DNA from: Deinococcaceae bacterium
Lineage (GTDB): Bacteria; Deinococcota; Deinococci; Deinococcales; Trueperaceae
Assembly (NCBI GenBank): GCA_040256005.1
Contig: JBDZWC010000010.1
Span: 25,763 to 41,408 of the forward strand
DNA: 15,646 nucleotides
Direction: 5' to 3'
In this document: positions 14,438-15,646 of the stretch, piece by piece
Layout: each line of letters starts with the position of its first letter
Position numbering within the stretch: the stretch's first letter is position 1
Made by a program: the position numbers and the translations under genes
Notes under the pieces: model-generated
What the model was told of the DNA's origin: nothing
Database searches by the model: none
What the model saw: only the letters and a program-made list of their open reading frames with translations

Positions 14438-15646
14438 ATGAGACGTGTCGTGGTGACGGGGCTTGGACCCGTGACGCCGATCGGGGTCGGAGCCCAAGAG
14501 TTCCTCAGCGCCCAACACGAGGCGAGGAACGGCATCCGCCGGATCACGAGGTTCGACGCTTCCGACCTCTCGGTGCAGATCGCCGGCGAGGTGGACGTCG
14601 AGGTGGGCGACTACATCGATCGCCGCGAGGCCAGACGCCTGGATCGGTTCGTGCAGTTCGCCCTCATCGGGGCGGAGCTGGCCCTCAAGGACGCCGGGCT
14701 GAGCGAGGCGGAGGTCGCCGGCGAGCACGCCGGCACCTGCATCGGCTCGGGCATCGGCGGGCTGGAGACGTGGGAGGCCCAGTCGGACATCGTCCACGAG
14801 CGTGGCGCGATGCGCATGAGCCCCTTCTTCATCCCCATGCTCATCGCCAACATGGCCAGCGGTCACGTGGCCATGCGCTTCGGTCTCACGGGGCCCAGCT
14901 CGAGCGTCGTCACGGCCTGCGCCACCGGCTCCGGCAACATCGGCGACGCGTTCAGGATGATCCAGCGAGGCGACGCCGACATCATGTTCGCCGGCGGCAC
15001 CGAGGCCTGCGTCACGCCCATGGGCATCGGCGGCTTCGCTGTCATGCGCGCGCTGTCCACCCGCAACGACTCGCCCGAGACCGCCAGCCGGCCGTTCACG
15101 GCCAGCCGCGACGGCTTCGTGGCCGGTGAGGGCGCCGGCATCCTCGTGCTCGAGGAGTACGAGCGCGCGGTCGCCCGCGGCGCCCGCATGTACGCCGAGA
15201 TCGTGGGCTTCGCCACCAGCGCGGACGCCCACCACATCACGGCGCCGGCCCCCGGCGGCCGCGGCGCCGCGCGGGCCATCAGGTGGGCGCTGCGCGACGC
15301 CGGGTTGGAGCCGCAGGACGTGGGCTACATCAACGCGCACGGCACCAGCACCGAGGCGAACGACCTCAACGAGACCCTCGCCTTCAAGTCGGTGTGGGAG
15401 GGCCACGGCGCCGTCCCGCCCGTGAGCAGCACGAAGTCCATGACAGGGCATACGCTGGGCGCGGCCGGCGGTATCGAGGCGATCGCCACGGTACAGGCGC
15501 TGGACTCGGGCGTCCTGCCCCCCACCCGCAACTACTTGGACCCCGACCCTGAGCTGGACCTCGACTACGTCCCCAACGAGGCGCGCTCGCAGCAGGTCGA
15601 CGTCGCGATGTCGACCAACTTCGCCTTCGGCGGCCAGAACGCCTGC
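14438..15646 (+). CDS. fabF: Beta-ketoacyl-ACP synthase II, 3'-truncated by the window (absent from the ORF track because it has no stop)
   Basis: ATG 14438 gives MRRVVVTGLGPVTPIG, then SPFFIPMLIANMASG, TACATG (catalytic Cys), SRPFTASRDGFVAGEGAG, INAHGTST, KSMTGHTLGAAG and NFAFGGQNA at the window end. Confidence 0.96.
   Translation, partial: MRRVVVTGLGPVTPIGVGAQEFLSAQHEARNGIRRITRFDASDLSVQIAGEVDVEVGDYIDRREARRLDRFVQFALIGAELALKDAGLSEAEVAGEHAGTCIGSGIGGLETWEAQSDIVHERGAMRMSPFFIPMLIANMASGHVAMRFGLTGPSSSVVTACATGSGNIGDAFRMIQRGDADIMFAGGTEACVTPMGIGGFAVMRALSTRNDSPETASRPFTASRDGFVAGEGAGILVLEEYERAVARGARMYAEIVGFATSADAHHITAPAPGGRGAARAIRWALRDAGLEPQDVGYINAHGTSTEANDLNETLAFKSVWEGHGAVPPVSSTKSMTGHTLGAAGGIEAIATVQALDSGVLPPTRNYLDPDPELDLDYVPNEARSQQVDVAMSTNFAFGGQNAC

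Overview
High-GC bacterial chromosome segment, most likely Deinococcota (Trueperaceae-like). The basis is an L32 starting MAKHPVPKK, a yceD-rpmF-fabH-fabD-fabG-acpP-fabF order without plsX, and TANNNT -10 motifs next to start codons. From left to right it holds the 3' end of a probable anti-sigma (RskA-like) gene on the + strand, then a long minus-strand run. In transcription order that run is GT2 glycosyltransferase, NodB-type polysaccharide deacetylase, hisA, mutM, 4HBT thioesterase, SDR, PotD-like binding protein, PotA-like ATPase, C45 Ntn-hydrolase, GNAT and ribokinase. The divergent yceD-rpmF-fatty acid synthesis cluster follows, with fabF truncated at the window edge. No RNA genes, mobile elements or CRISPR arrays were seen. 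The most striking signal is that 3 of the 18 genes with visible 5' ends (mutM, fabH, the deacetylase) have intact conserved N-terminal motifs but no usable ATG/GTG/TTG. They appear to start at near-cognate codons (ATC, ATA/ACG, CTG) at tightly coupled gene junctions. A second point of interest is a permease-less PotD/PotA pair next to a C45 hydrolase + YhcX-type GNAT + ribokinase module.
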